From: a virus
Length of the DNA stretch: 39,174 bases
Strand: one strand, 5' to 3'
IMG/VR virus record: IMGVR_UViG_3300012971_000014
Coordinates: 1 to 39,174 of that record
Shown here: positions 32,101 through 39,174 of the stretch, piece after piece
Position numbering within the stretch: the stretch's first letter is position 1
Layout of the letters: every line of letters begins with the position of its first letter
Notes under the pieces: model-generated
Told to the model about the DNA's origin: nothing
The model's input: only the letters and a program-made list of their open reading frames with translations
Databases searched by the model: none
Position numbers and translations under genes: made by a program

Positions 32101-32425
32101 CGATATGCTCTATGGCTATTATTGGGAGACCGACCCCGCATCGATCGGTGCCGGAATATTCGGCGGCAACATCGGCGGCGTCCCTGGTCAGGCTTCTGGC
32201 CCCGTCGCGACCGGCGTCTATCAGCTGAAGATCCAGCCGCGCCGCATGCGTTGCCAGGCGATCAAGCTCCGTTGGGAGGAGCGCCGCCGCATGGATCCGC
32301 CGGGTGTCATCTCGTATCCCTGGCGTGAAGGAGCACGGATCAACGAGATCGCATTCGAGATCGGGATCCGCGGCGGTCTCTGGCGGCCTGGCGTCGATCG
32401 CACGTTCGGCGGCTACGGAGGTTAG
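29189..32425 (+). CDS. large tail structural protein (1078 aa; nozzle/tubular-type by size and position)
   Basis: Longest ORF of the late operon. ATGA-coupled to the upstream gene. Beta-rich composition. No motif-level assignment. Confidence 0.7.
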   Translation: MTAPKRELVPFQWTKVPVPFVGGVDTRTDRKLIQPPKLGLLENAVFTTPGVLRKRYGYAKLADLAIDVATFGPMPTDSTAIGPNPAFYDQPVTDGRSLFTRAGSLWLRGQENFYSLSPDRQRWQREADIPNTHFVYGPRRYTDLGAPGVETRVNFTKRATTGGVTLIMHDIGGEEQKLLCIFLDANGTELNRIMFDGYVAARVVVVDQMFCIFVYADGYIGMVSFDAPPILTGNPLIYRESWFVADSAGASIGTTAFDAKLAPNGQILFVYEPSTANTLKYGYVDRNGSASSMSVLAVPANPTSVACAVEPTTGNFLISWADGTSTYAQMFNAAKVQIVARTLVGTSARNVVCAFRNPTLTDIFSDRDLVTPHQYGAIDKATLTTGGAATLTPNWLRHAFLISEPWIIAGKSYVLTGRPIPYTSFNPAAPKPIPAQRTAFLVVSGGVRDPMVLGAAYPGETDSGMAPEVLVISTPIPADTVGSVVWLTPRLLKDEDPVNPSPSSGQTYAGQLGVDYSRTPDFVEAGGGSYLSGSALWLCDGENIVESGFWEFPEFDNSADYVTKGTAGSLVTGSYSYRAYYEWTSATGEVYQSATGADVVVTFASGTTNSATIKVPTLTHTLKDHVQVTLYRTLLNGTVFHLVARVDNDPTVDYVSITDGMADQSAQYQPFDYRSSAPPELLNVAPPGCTTIAVGNTRVFASGFEDPNLVLASKLRGFLEALNWNPVLAIQLPEANGEPVAALASLGDALIAFRPTHTYVIGGDGPDNVGLSGSFMPPRIVSDDIGCSGAGAVVRVPIGLLFDSQKGIYALGGDMGISYIGADVEGYNSATVLAAVSLPDRHEARFTLSTGRTLLFDYLARQWSVFTVGGIHAVIWQGRHVYLPAADQGARAETIGAFLDDGQPYGWAWEIAWIHVGENQNHQRVRTIQLLGEWIGDHSAEVWIAYNYEQAWSDRITIDMAAVINGEHFGDDMLYGYYWETDPASIGAGIFGGNIGGVPGQASGPVATGVYQLKIQPRRMRCQAIKLRWEERRRMDPPGVISYPWREGARINEIAFEIGIRGGLWRPGVDRTFGGYGG

Positions 32426-32426
32426 A

Positions 32427-33254
32427 ATGGCGACCGCAAAGTTTAACCCACTGACCGGCCAATACGACTACTCCGACGATCCGGCGAATCAGGCCGCGCA
32501 GAATCAGGCGCAACCTGCAACGCCCCAGCCATCGCTGGCGAGCGCCGCGCCGATCAGCCGGGCGGATTACGACCTCCCCGGCGCCGCCGACCTGACGCAG
32601 TCTCTGCAGAATCGGCAGGCGGCGGTGCTCGCCCGCACGCCTGACTCCGACGTGCGCCAGCAGCAAATGGCGCTCGCCGGCCAGCTCCAGCGCTACGCCA
32701 CCGGTCAAGACTCGGCGTCGGCGCTCCAGCTCCAGCAAGCGCGCGATCAGAATGTCGCCGCTAACCTCGCCATGGCGGCCGGCGCTCGCCCCGGTCAACA
32801 GCAGATGGCGGCGCTGACCGCCGCTCAGCAGATGGGCGCCGCGAATACCGCGCTCGCCGGGCAGCAAGCTCTTGCTGGCGTAAACGAGCGACAGGCGGCC
32901 GCCAACGCGCTCGGCAACGTCCTCGCCGGCACTCGAGGCCAGGATATCCAATACGGCGGCCAATCCGATAGCGCCTATCAGAATGCGCTCGCTCAGCAGT
33001 TGGCGCTCGCGCAACTCCAGCAAGGCGGCTCGATGGGCTATTCCCGTGACATGCTGACCGACCTGCAGCAGCGCCGCCAGCTCGCGCAAGCGCTCGCGAT
33101 GTCCGGTATGAGCACCAGCGATCGCATACTCCGCGCGCTAAGCGACGTCGGCGGCTTTGCCGCTACGCGCGTCGGTCAGCCGGGTCAGCCCGACGCCGCG
33201 CCAGCGCCGAGCGAGTCCGATATCAATGCGGCTACCTGGGACAACATCACCTGA
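32427..33254 (+). CDS. Gln/Ala-rich virion protein (275 aa), putative internal/ejection protein
   Basis: Internal ATG 32427 of ORF 32304..33254, preceded by GGAGG (32418-32422). Sequence MATAKFNPLTGQYDYSDDPANQAAQNQ... Confidence 0.65.
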   Translation: MATAKFNPLTGQYDYSDDPANQAAQNQAQPATPQPSLASAAPISRADYDLPGAADLTQSLQNRQAAVLARTPDSDVRQQQMALAGQLQRYATGQDSASALQLQQARDQNVAANLAMAAGARPGQQQMAALTAAQQMGAANTALAGQQALAGVNERQAAANALGNVLAGTRGQDIQYGGQSDSAYQNALAQQLALAQLQQGGSMGYSRDMLTDLQQRRQLAQALAMSGMSTSDRILRALSDVGGFAATRVGQPGQPDAAPAPSESDINAATWDNIT

Positions 33255-33267
33255 CTAGAGGGCTCTC

Positions 33268-33648
33268 ATGGCATACCTCGATCCGTACATGCGCCAGCGG
33301 TTCGCGCCGCTCGGCGCGCCGTCGAGCGCATTCGATCTCCGCGCCGGACTCGGATTCCCGTCGCCGACGCCGACCCTGGCCGCGCAGTATCAGGCGGCTG
33401 CCGCGCCGCCGCCGCCGCCGCCCGTCGCGCAAACGGGCGTCCCCCTCGACGAGAACCGGCGCGAGGGGGAGGAAACGGCGGATGTGCCCGGCATGCCCGT
33501 CAAGAAACCGCAGGGTGAAAACGCGACGGCGAGCCTCGCGAAAAAGGGCCTCGGCATCGCCGGCGCAGCCGCCGGCAGTGCGATTCTGCCGGGCATCGGC
33601 ACCGCCATCGGCGGAGGCCTCGGCTCATTCCTTGGGAGCCTTTTCTGA
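33268..33648 (+). CDS. protein with Pro-rich centre and C-terminal glycine-zipper membrane segment (126 aa)
   Basis: The C-terminus GLGIAGAAAGSAILPGIGTAIGGGLGSFLGSLF has GxxxG-type zipper periodicity. Confidence 0.7.
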   Translation: MAYLDPYMRQRFAPLGAPSSAFDLRAGLGFPSPTPTLAAQYQAAAAPPPPPPVAQTGVPLDENRREGEETADVPGMPVKKPQGENATASLAKKGLGIAGAAAGSAILPGIGTAIGGGLGSFLGSLF

Positions 33649-35387
33649 TGTCGGCCAGGTTCGGGCTCGATACCCTCGGCCTCGGGAATGCGCTCGGATT
33701 CAAGGCGCCGGGCCTCGATGTCGGCGACCTCAGCGAAACACCACCGCCGCCGCCGACATCAGCGCCGACCATGACGGATCTCTATCGCGACGCCACGCCG
33801 CCGCCCACGCCGGCTCCGGCCGCGCCGCCGCCGCGAGCGCCTGGGGTTTCGATGGGGCCCGTCGGCGCGCCGCGCACCATCGGCCAGCAAGAGAAAGCCG
33901 CCGATGTTCAATCGGCTGCCGCCGTCGATGCCATGACCGCCGCCAAGCAAAAAGAGCTCGAAACCGAGGCGGCCGGCACCGAGGCGGCGACGGGCGAGTA
34001 TCGCAAGCAACTCCAGGCCGACGAGGATGCGCGCCGCCAGGCGGCCGCCAACGTCGCCGACCGTCGAAACCAGCTCTACGCCGACGCCGACGCGATCGCC
34101 AATACCAAGATCGATCCCAACCGTCTATACGCCGACTCGTCGACGCCCCAGAAGATCGCCGGAGCCATCTCGATCGCGCTCGGCGGATTCCTGGCCGGAG
34201 CGCATGGTCAAAACCCCGGGCTGCAGATGATCGAGCGCCAGATCGATCAGGATGTCAAAACTCAGATGGCGAACCTCGAAAACCGGCGCGCCAGTGTGCA
34301 GCAAAAACAGTCGCTCCTCGGGCAGGAGATCGCCCAGGGGCGCGACGAGGCCGACGCGCGGCATCTCCTGACCGTCACCATGTTCCAGAACGCCATGAAA
34401 GACGTTGACGTCGAGGTGAAGCGCGCCGGCACAGCGACGGCGGCGGCGCAGGGCGCCAAATTCAAAGCCGATCTGGCGCAGGCGGCGGCGGGGAAAGCCT
34501 ACGAACATTGGAAAGACGCCGAGGCACAGCAGATTCAGCGCGGCCAGCTCGGCGTTGCCCAGGGGCATCTCGGGCTCGCTCAGCAACAGGCGGCGCTTGC
34601 GCAGCAGCAGTACGCCGAGGGCGCGCCGCTTCGCGCGGCGCAAACGCGGTCGGCGCTGGCGCAAGCGGATTTGCACGAGGCGCAGGCAGAGCTCGCGCGC
34701 CACAAGGGCGGCGAGGTCATTGATCCCAAGCGCACCATCGGCAATTTTGGCAAGCCCGAGATCGGCAAGGATGGTCAGCCTACCGGCCGCCTAATCTACG
34801 GGACCATTCAGGCGCCAACCGGCCAGGAAGAACAGGTCAAGGAGGCGAACAAAAAGATCGGCGAGCTCACGCCGGTCCTCAACACCCTGGACGATCAGAT
34901 CCGCGACGCGCAAAAGCTCGGCATCGCGGAGAAACTCGGCGCCGCCGTCGCGGGCGAGGGCGCTTCCGATATCATCCAGCGGATGAATGCGCGCAAGGTC
35001 CGCATGATGGGCGTTGCGCATGCATTGGCTGGTCGTGTGACTCCGACGGAAATTGAGGGAGTCGAAAAGGCAGCTGGCGATCCGACGGCATTTAGGAGCC
35101 AGCTCGCGAAGATGAAGGAGTTTCGCGAACTGATGCGCGCTGACGGCCAGGCGGCACTCGGTACCGTCGGGATTGATCAATACTGGGAACCTCCCTCCGG
35201 GGCAGCGCCGATCAAGACCGCCGAGGGATTCAACGCGCCGCCGCTTTACACAAAGCGCGAACTGCAAGAGAGAATCATGCGCGCTCGCGGGGTGCCGCCG
35301 GAGGTATTTGGCACCGGGATGTCGACGCCGCAGACCAACTGGCTCCGCGATCAACTCTTTCCTTTGATGAAACCCAATGGCCAATGA
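33648..35387 (+). CDS. large coiled-coil virion protein (579 aa), putative internal/ejection protein
   Basis: TGATG overlap with the upstream gene. Long Ala/Gln/Glu helical stretches. No tape-measure-like length and no lysozyme motif seen. Confidence 0.7.
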   Translation: MSARFGLDTLGLGNALGFKAPGLDVGDLSETPPPPPTSAPTMTDLYRDATPPPTPAPAAPPPRAPGVSMGPVGAPRTIGQQEKAADVQSAAAVDAMTAAKQKELETEAAGTEAATGEYRKQLQADEDARRQAAANVADRRNQLYADADAIANTKIDPNRLYADSSTPQKIAGAISIALGGFLAGAHGQNPGLQMIERQIDQDVKTQMANLENRRASVQQKQSLLGQEIAQGRDEADARHLLTVTMFQNAMKDVDVEVKRAGTATAAAQGAKFKADLAQAAAGKAYEHWKDAEAQQIQRGQLGVAQGHLGLAQQQAALAQQQYAEGAPLRAAQTRSALAQADLHEAQAELARHKGGEVIDPKRTIGNFGKPEIGKDGQPTGRLIYGTIQAPTGQEEQVKEANKKIGELTPVLNTLDDQIRDAQKLGIAEKLGAAVAGEGASDIIQRMNARKVRMMGVAHALAGRVTPTEIEGVEKAAGDPTAFRSQLAKMKEFRELMRADGQAALGTVGIDQYWEPPSGAAPIKTAEGFNAPPLYTKRELQERIMRARGVPPEVFGTGMSTPQTNWLRDQLFPLMKPNGQ

Positions 35388-37440
35388 TCCTCCCAATGAG
35401 GCGATCGTCAACGTCGTAGACCGCTACGGCGCGCGCGTTGCCATTCCCCTGAGCGAACTCGGCCGCGCCCAGGAACGCGGCTACCGGCTCGAGTCCGGTG
35501 CCGGCGTCGTCGAGGGGCAGCGAGAGCAGAAGTACGATCAACCCCTCCAGGCCGGGATCGAGGGATTGGCGCGCGGTCTCACGTTCGGGATCTCCGATCT
35601 CGGCGGCGACGAGGGTGTCGCCGAGCGCAAGCGCTACAATCCGTGGGCGGCCGGCCTCGGCGAGGTCGGCGGCTCCGTCGCAGGCCTCGGCATGACGGGT
35701 CTCGGCGGCCTCGCCGAGCGCGCTGGCGCCGCCGCGTTCGGAGCTCCGGGCATCCTCAGCCGAGCTGGCGCCGCCGCCGTGCGCGGCGGTCTCGAGGGCA
35801 CGGCGCTCGGCACGGGCCAGGCGGTCTCGCAGCTGGCCCTTTCCGACGACCCGCTGACCGCCGAGTCCGTGGCATCGGCGCTCGGGCATCACATCGGCAT
35901 CGGCGCGGCGACCGGCGGCATCCTCGGCGGCGGTCTCTCGCTCGCCGGCTCCGGCATGGGTGCCGTCGCGTCCAAGGCAGGGGACTCCGTCAAAAAGCTC
36001 GCTGGGAAATTCTCCGACGAATTGGCGGCCAGCGCGCCACCTGTGCGCGCGGGATTCGAGGACGTGGCCGCCATGACACCCGAGGTCGCCGAGGCTGGCG
36101 CCGGCGTCGAGCGCGCCGCGCTCCAGGCCACCAAGGCAACCGAGGGGCACGCGCTGGCCCAGGATGTGAGCCAGTTTTACCAGGATTCGAGCGCCGACAT
36201 CCTCCGGCTTAAAAACACCCTACCCAAGGGTACGGAGCTATGGGAGGACGTCAACGCCGCCCAATCGCGCCTGAAGAACGCGGTCCGCGACGTCAAGACC
36301 CTCGGCGAGGATCCGACGCGCGCGCTTGGCCCCTTGCGCGAGTTGCAGCAGCAAATCGAGTACGTAAAGAATCGGCTGCCCGAGGGAATGACGGAGAGCG
36401 TCGAGGGGCAAGCGCAGCGCGCCTCCAGCATCACCGATGCGATCGACGGGTTTGAGTCGCGGATCAAGGCGCACGCCGCCGAGCCGACCTCGCCGCGCCT
36501 CGAAGCACTCGAGGAGCGCGCCGCGTGGAAGCCTGGGGCGACGCCGATCCTCGACGCCGCCGCCAAAGGCATCGGCGGTGCCGTCGGTGGTGCGATCGGG
36601 CATGCGATCCCAGTGCCCGGCGCCGGCATCGCTGGCGCATGGTTAGGCAAGGAGATCGGCGAGGCCACGAAACCCTTGCTCCGGTCGATCCTCGGGAACT
36701 TCGCCGGCGCGACCGGTGCCGTCGAGGAGGGCGCGCAAAAACTTTTGACCAAACTCACGCCGCCGCCGTCGGCGCTGAATGCGCTCAGCGACTTGGCGAC
36801 GGCCGGCGGCGTCAATGGCGCCGACACCTACTCGTCAGCGACGCAGGCGATACAGCAAGCGGTCTCCGACCCGTCGGCGCTGCGCACGACGCTCATGAGC
36901 CAGCTCGCCGGCGTGAATGCGCTCTCGCCCAAACTCGCCGAGCAAGTCGCCGACAACTATCAGCTGAAATTGAATTTCCTGGCGTCGAAGATCCCGCAGC
37001 CGCTGTCGATGGGGATCAACGGCAAGGAAGTGCCGCCGTCGGATGCGGAGAAATCCAAGTTCGCGCGCTACGTGGCCGCCGCCAACGATCCCATGCGGCT
37101 CTTAAGGGAGCTCCGCGCCGGGACGCTGACGCCCGAGACCGTCGAGGCGACGCAAGCGGTGTCGCCGGCCTGGACGCAGAAAATCAAAGATGCCGTCACC
37201 GAGCAACTCTCCGATCCCGCGGTCGCCTCGAAACTCTCTTATCCCATGCGGCTCCAGCTCGGGACGTTCCTCGGAAAGCCTGTCGACGCCACGATGGATC
37301 CGGCCTTCATCGCGAACATGCAATCGACCTTCTCAACGCCGCCGCAGCCGATGCCGCCGCCCAAGCTCAAAACGCCGACCAACGCGCAGAGTGCGGTGAG
37401 CGAGCCGCCGACCGGCGCGCAGCGGCTCGCCGCCAAGTGA
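35377..37440 (+). CDS. large Gly/Ala-rich virion protein (687 aa), putative internal/ejection protein
   Basis: Overlaps the upstream gene by 11 nt. The N-terminal third has GLGxxGG-type glycine-rich segments. Confidence 0.7.
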   Translation: MANDPPNEAIVNVVDRYGARVAIPLSELGRAQERGYRLESGAGVVEGQREQKYDQPLQAGIEGLARGLTFGISDLGGDEGVAERKRYNPWAAGLGEVGGSVAGLGMTGLGGLAERAGAAAFGAPGILSRAGAAAVRGGLEGTALGTGQAVSQLALSDDPLTAESVASALGHHIGIGAATGGILGGGLSLAGSGMGAVASKAGDSVKKLAGKFSDELAASAPPVRAGFEDVAAMTPEVAEAGAGVERAALQATKATEGHALAQDVSQFYQDSSADILRLKNTLPKGTELWEDVNAAQSRLKNAVRDVKTLGEDPTRALGPLRELQQQIEYVKNRLPEGMTESVEGQAQRASSITDAIDGFESRIKAHAAEPTSPRLEALEERAAWKPGATPILDAAAKGIGGAVGGAIGHAIPVPGAGIAGAWLGKEIGEATKPLLRSILGNFAGATGAVEEGAQKLLTKLTPPPSALNALSDLATAGGVNGADTYSSATQAIQQAVSDPSALRTTLMSQLAGVNALSPKLAEQVADNYQLKLNFLASKIPQPLSMGINGKEVPPSDAEKSKFARYVAAANDPMRLLRELRAGTLTPETVEATQAVSPAWTQKIKDAVTEQLSDPAVASKLSYPMRLQLGTFLGKPVDATMDPAFIANMQSTFSTPPQPMPPPKLKTPTNAQSAVSEPPTGAQRLAAK

Positions 37441-37448
37441 GGATTCTC

Positions 37449-37982
37449 ATGGCACGGTCGTTCTTCTTTACCGCGCAGTGTCATTTTGCGACGCCGCCGT
37501 CAGGGAATGCGGTTCTTTTGACGCTGTACAATCCCGGCGGCTCGCGTCGCTCCCTCTATCTCCGTCGCTTGCGCTTCGCGGCCACGTTCGATGCGGCGGC
37601 GGCGGCCTCGTCGACTTGCCTGTATGTGGTACAGCGATTTCACTCGGCGCAGCCGCCGGGCGGCGGTCGCACGGGTCTCCTTGTCCCGGCGAACCCGAAT
37701 GACAAAGGCACGACGGGCCAAACGCCGGTCGCGTCCGCGCTCGTGAACTACGGGACCACGATCACACTCGCCGGCGCCACCTATGACGCGCCGTTTGCGA
37801 CGGCTGGCGTGCCGCGCGTTCCTGGGGGGATGTCCGATGCGGTCGGCGAGCTTGGCTACCCTGACGATCCGTTTGTGATCGCCAGCGGCGACGGCATCGC
37901 GGTGTCGAACTCCGGCGATCTCGTTGCCGGCGATGGGTTTCTGGTGAACGGGTTTGTTACCGAGGTCGGGCCGCCGAGCTAG
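37449..37982 (+). CDS. hypothetical beta-rich protein, last gene of the late operon (177 aa)
   Basis: Internal ATG 37449 of ORF 36525..37982 (MARSFFFTAQCHFATPPSGNAVLLTLYNPGG...). The track N-terminal extension is Arg-rich and overlaps the 687-aa gene. Confidence 0.7.
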   Translation: MARSFFFTAQCHFATPPSGNAVLLTLYNPGGSRRSLYLRRLRFAATFDAAAAASSTCLYVVQRFHSAQPPGGGRTGLLVPANPNDKGTTGQTPVASALVNYGTTITLAGATYDAPFATAGVPRVPGGMSDAVGELGYPDDPFVIASGDGIAVSNSGDLVAGDGFLVNGFVTEVGPPS

Positions 37983-38130
37983 CGCGCTCGAGCGCCGCCC
38001 TTAGCGCGTCGGCCAATTCTCGCGCCTCGCTCATGTCCATTTCGATGGTTAGCGTCGCATCGGCGAGGCGGCTGACGACGGTGATCTTGACCCATCGCGG
38101 ATCCGCGTCGGCGATCTCGATCGTGATCAT
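37957..38130 (-). CDS. hypothetical small protein (57 aa; below the ORF-track cutoff)
   Basis: My translation: MITIEIADADPRWVKITVVSRLADATLTIEMDMSEARELADALRAALERASSAARPR. ATGA overlap with the upstream stop at 38127-38130. Its 3' end overlaps the convergent late gene by 26 nt. Confidence 0.5.
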   Translation of the reverse strand: MITIEIADADPRWVKITVVSRLADATLTIEMDMSEARELADALRAALERASSAARPR

Positions 38131-38345
38131 GTCTTATCTCCAGTCGCGCAAGCCCAGTGCACCGGGACGCAGACGGCATTATACGGGCGCCCCTCGCGCG
38201 CCCGTTCCTGCGCCTCTTCGTCGTCGCCTGGCCCCACCACAATGAGCGTAACCTCGTCGCCGACCGCGAATGCGCGGCGGCACGCCGGGCAGATCTCGCC
38301 GATGGTCGGGTGCCCATAGGGCAACGGGTCGTAGCGGCGCATCAT
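38127..38345 (-). CDS. small CxxC protein ending VPVHWACATGDKT (72 aa); paralogue of 2086..2346
   Basis: ORF-track protein MMRRYDPLPYGHPTIGEICPACRRAFAVGDEVTLIVVG... ATGA overlap with the upstream stop. Confidence 0.7.
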   Translation of the reverse strand: MMRRYDPLPYGHPTIGEICPACRRAFAVGDEVTLIVVGPGDDEEAQERAREGRPYNAVCVPVHWACATGDKT

Positions 38346-38986
38346 TGGCCGGCGACCTCGGCGAGCATGCGGCGGAGATTCTCGGCGAGGAGCTTCTCGG
38401 CGCTGACGCTCTCCTCGACCTCGCGCTCGGCGGCGGTCAAGGCCTCGCGGATCTTGGCGACGCGCGCCTGCGCGTCCCTCGTACCGATGCGCGCCTTATC
38501 GAGCGCGGCGGCCACGCCGGCAAAGTCCGGTGCCTTGGCTGGCGCTGGCGCGGCGACCTTGGCGAGTTCCGGTCGCCGGATGGTTTTGGCGGCCGCCGGC
38601 CGGGATTTGGCGGCGCGCTTTTTCGCGCCGACCTCGGCGGCGCATTGGATGCAATAGGGGTTTAGCCCGTCGGCGCGATAGCTGGCGCGATAGAATTCCG
38701 ATTTGGGTTTGGTCTTCCCGCAATGCGGGCAGCGTTTCTCGCCATCGGTCTTTGGCAGCGTCAAATGCAGCGCCGCGCCGACGAGAGTGGATGGCAATCC
38801 GATGCCGGGGAAAACCGTCTCGAGCTTATGCACAGCGGGATCCATGATCACATTTCGCGGATGGATCTCCCATCGGTTGATCGTGCCGGCGCTCACACCG
38901 ATCAGCTCGGCGAGTTGCTCCTGAGACAGTCCCTTTGCCTTACGCGCGGCACGCAGGCGCGCATTCCACCCCGCAGTTTTTCCCAT
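38342..38986 (-). CDS. XRE-type HTH plus C4 zinc-ribbon protein (214 aa from ATG 38986); the frame stays open upstream to the window end
   Basis: MGKTAGWNARLRAARKAKGLSQEQLAELIGVSAGTINRWE (HTH_3), CPHCGKTKPKSEF...CIQC (zinc ribbon) and a Lys/Ala-rich and coiled-coil tail. AAGGGA RBS 5 nt before ATG 38986. ORF track 38342..39172 shows no stop upstream. Confidence 0.75.
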   Translation of the reverse strand: MGKTAGWNARLRAARKAKGLSQEQLAELIGVSAGTINRWEIHPRNVIMDPAVHKLETVFPGIGLPSTLVGAALHLTLPKTDGEKRCPHCGKTKPKSEFYRASYRADGLNPYCIQCAAEVGAKKRAAKSRPAAAKTIRRPELAKVAAPAPAKAPDFAGVAAALDKARIGTRDAQARVAKIREALTAAEREVEESVSAEKLLAENLRRMLAEVAGQ

Positions 38987-39092
38987 GATGTCCCTTTCCG
39001 TCTCGCGTTCGCTACCCCCCTCAACATCCCCCTCGACATCATCGACGAGCGCCAGGGGCGCAGGCGGCGGCGATGGTGCCGGCAGCCATGGC

Positions 39093-39174
39093 GCCGCTGG
39101 TACTGAGTCGGCCGCTATTTCCATCGACGACGGCGCGCTCGCCGCTGGTACTGAGTCGGCCGCTATTTCCATCG
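39093..39174. repeat. 48-bp tandem repeat (partial 39093-39122, full 39123-39170, 4 nt of the next copy); same array as nt 1-121
   Basis: Direct comparison of the window end and start: 39123-39174 equals 1-52. Confidence 0.95.

Larger units (their letters stand above)
1..39174. mobile_element. Temperate tailed-phage genome, apparently complete (window ends overlap)
   Basis: Integrase plus excisionase-like and RHH genes, divergent repressor/Cro pair, DnaB-like helicase, RusA, three DNA MTases, HNH, large terminase, portal, scaffold, capsid and tail fibre. No housekeeping genes. nt 1-52 are identical to nt 39123-39174. Confidence 0.85.

Noticed and set aside
1-39174. The window could be a prophage embedded in host chromosome, with att sites at the ends.
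   Set aside because: No host-type genes occur at either edge. The ends are the same coding tandem repeat within one gene rather than short att cores flanking the element. The integrase lies internally, about 2.9 kb from the left window end.

Overview
High-GC window (roughly two-thirds G+C by eye) that reads as a complete temperate tailed-phage genome, with no flanking chromosomal genes. The first 52 nt equal the last 52 nt, so the sequence closes on itself, and the join lies inside a 48-bp coding tandem repeat. The layout is lambdoid.

Leftward (minus-strand) arm: it wraps through the window ends (37957-39174 plus 1-10224). It carries small accessory genes, a self-contained lipoprotein moron with its own terminator, and a tyrosine integrase with an excisionase-like HTH and an RHH protein. 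It also has several small CxxC zinc-ribbon proteins, a Cas4-like PD-(D/E)XK exonuclease with a putative annealing protein, and a repressor-like gene.

Rightward (plus-strand) arm (10223-37982): it starts at a Cro-like XRE gene whose ATG overlaps the divergent repressor ATG. It continues through three DNA methyltransferases (beta-class DPPY, cytosine-5, D12/Dam-like), a DnaB-family helicase, RusA and a sigma-region-4-like regulator. Then come HNH endonuclease, large terminase, portal, scaffold, capsid, two tandem paralogous small virion genes, a repeat-rich tail fibre, a 1078-aa tail protein and four large low-complexity putative internal/ejection proteins. I recognise no tail tube, sheath or tape measure, which suggests a podovirus-like virion, and no endolysin.

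Most notable observations:
- A 149-nt perfectly nested four-arm inverted-repeat/iteron element lies just downstream of the helicase.
- 48-bp in-frame tandem repeats sit inside the Dam-like methyltransferase.
- One open frame crosses the contig junction and fuses two HTH domains through a 16-aa repeat linker.
- The C5-methyltransferase motifs are split across two reading frames.
- The lysogeny switch is relatively AT-rich, with overlapping divergent start codons.

All functional calls rest on motif recognition by eye and on synteny; no database search was run. The host cannot be determined from the sequence alone.
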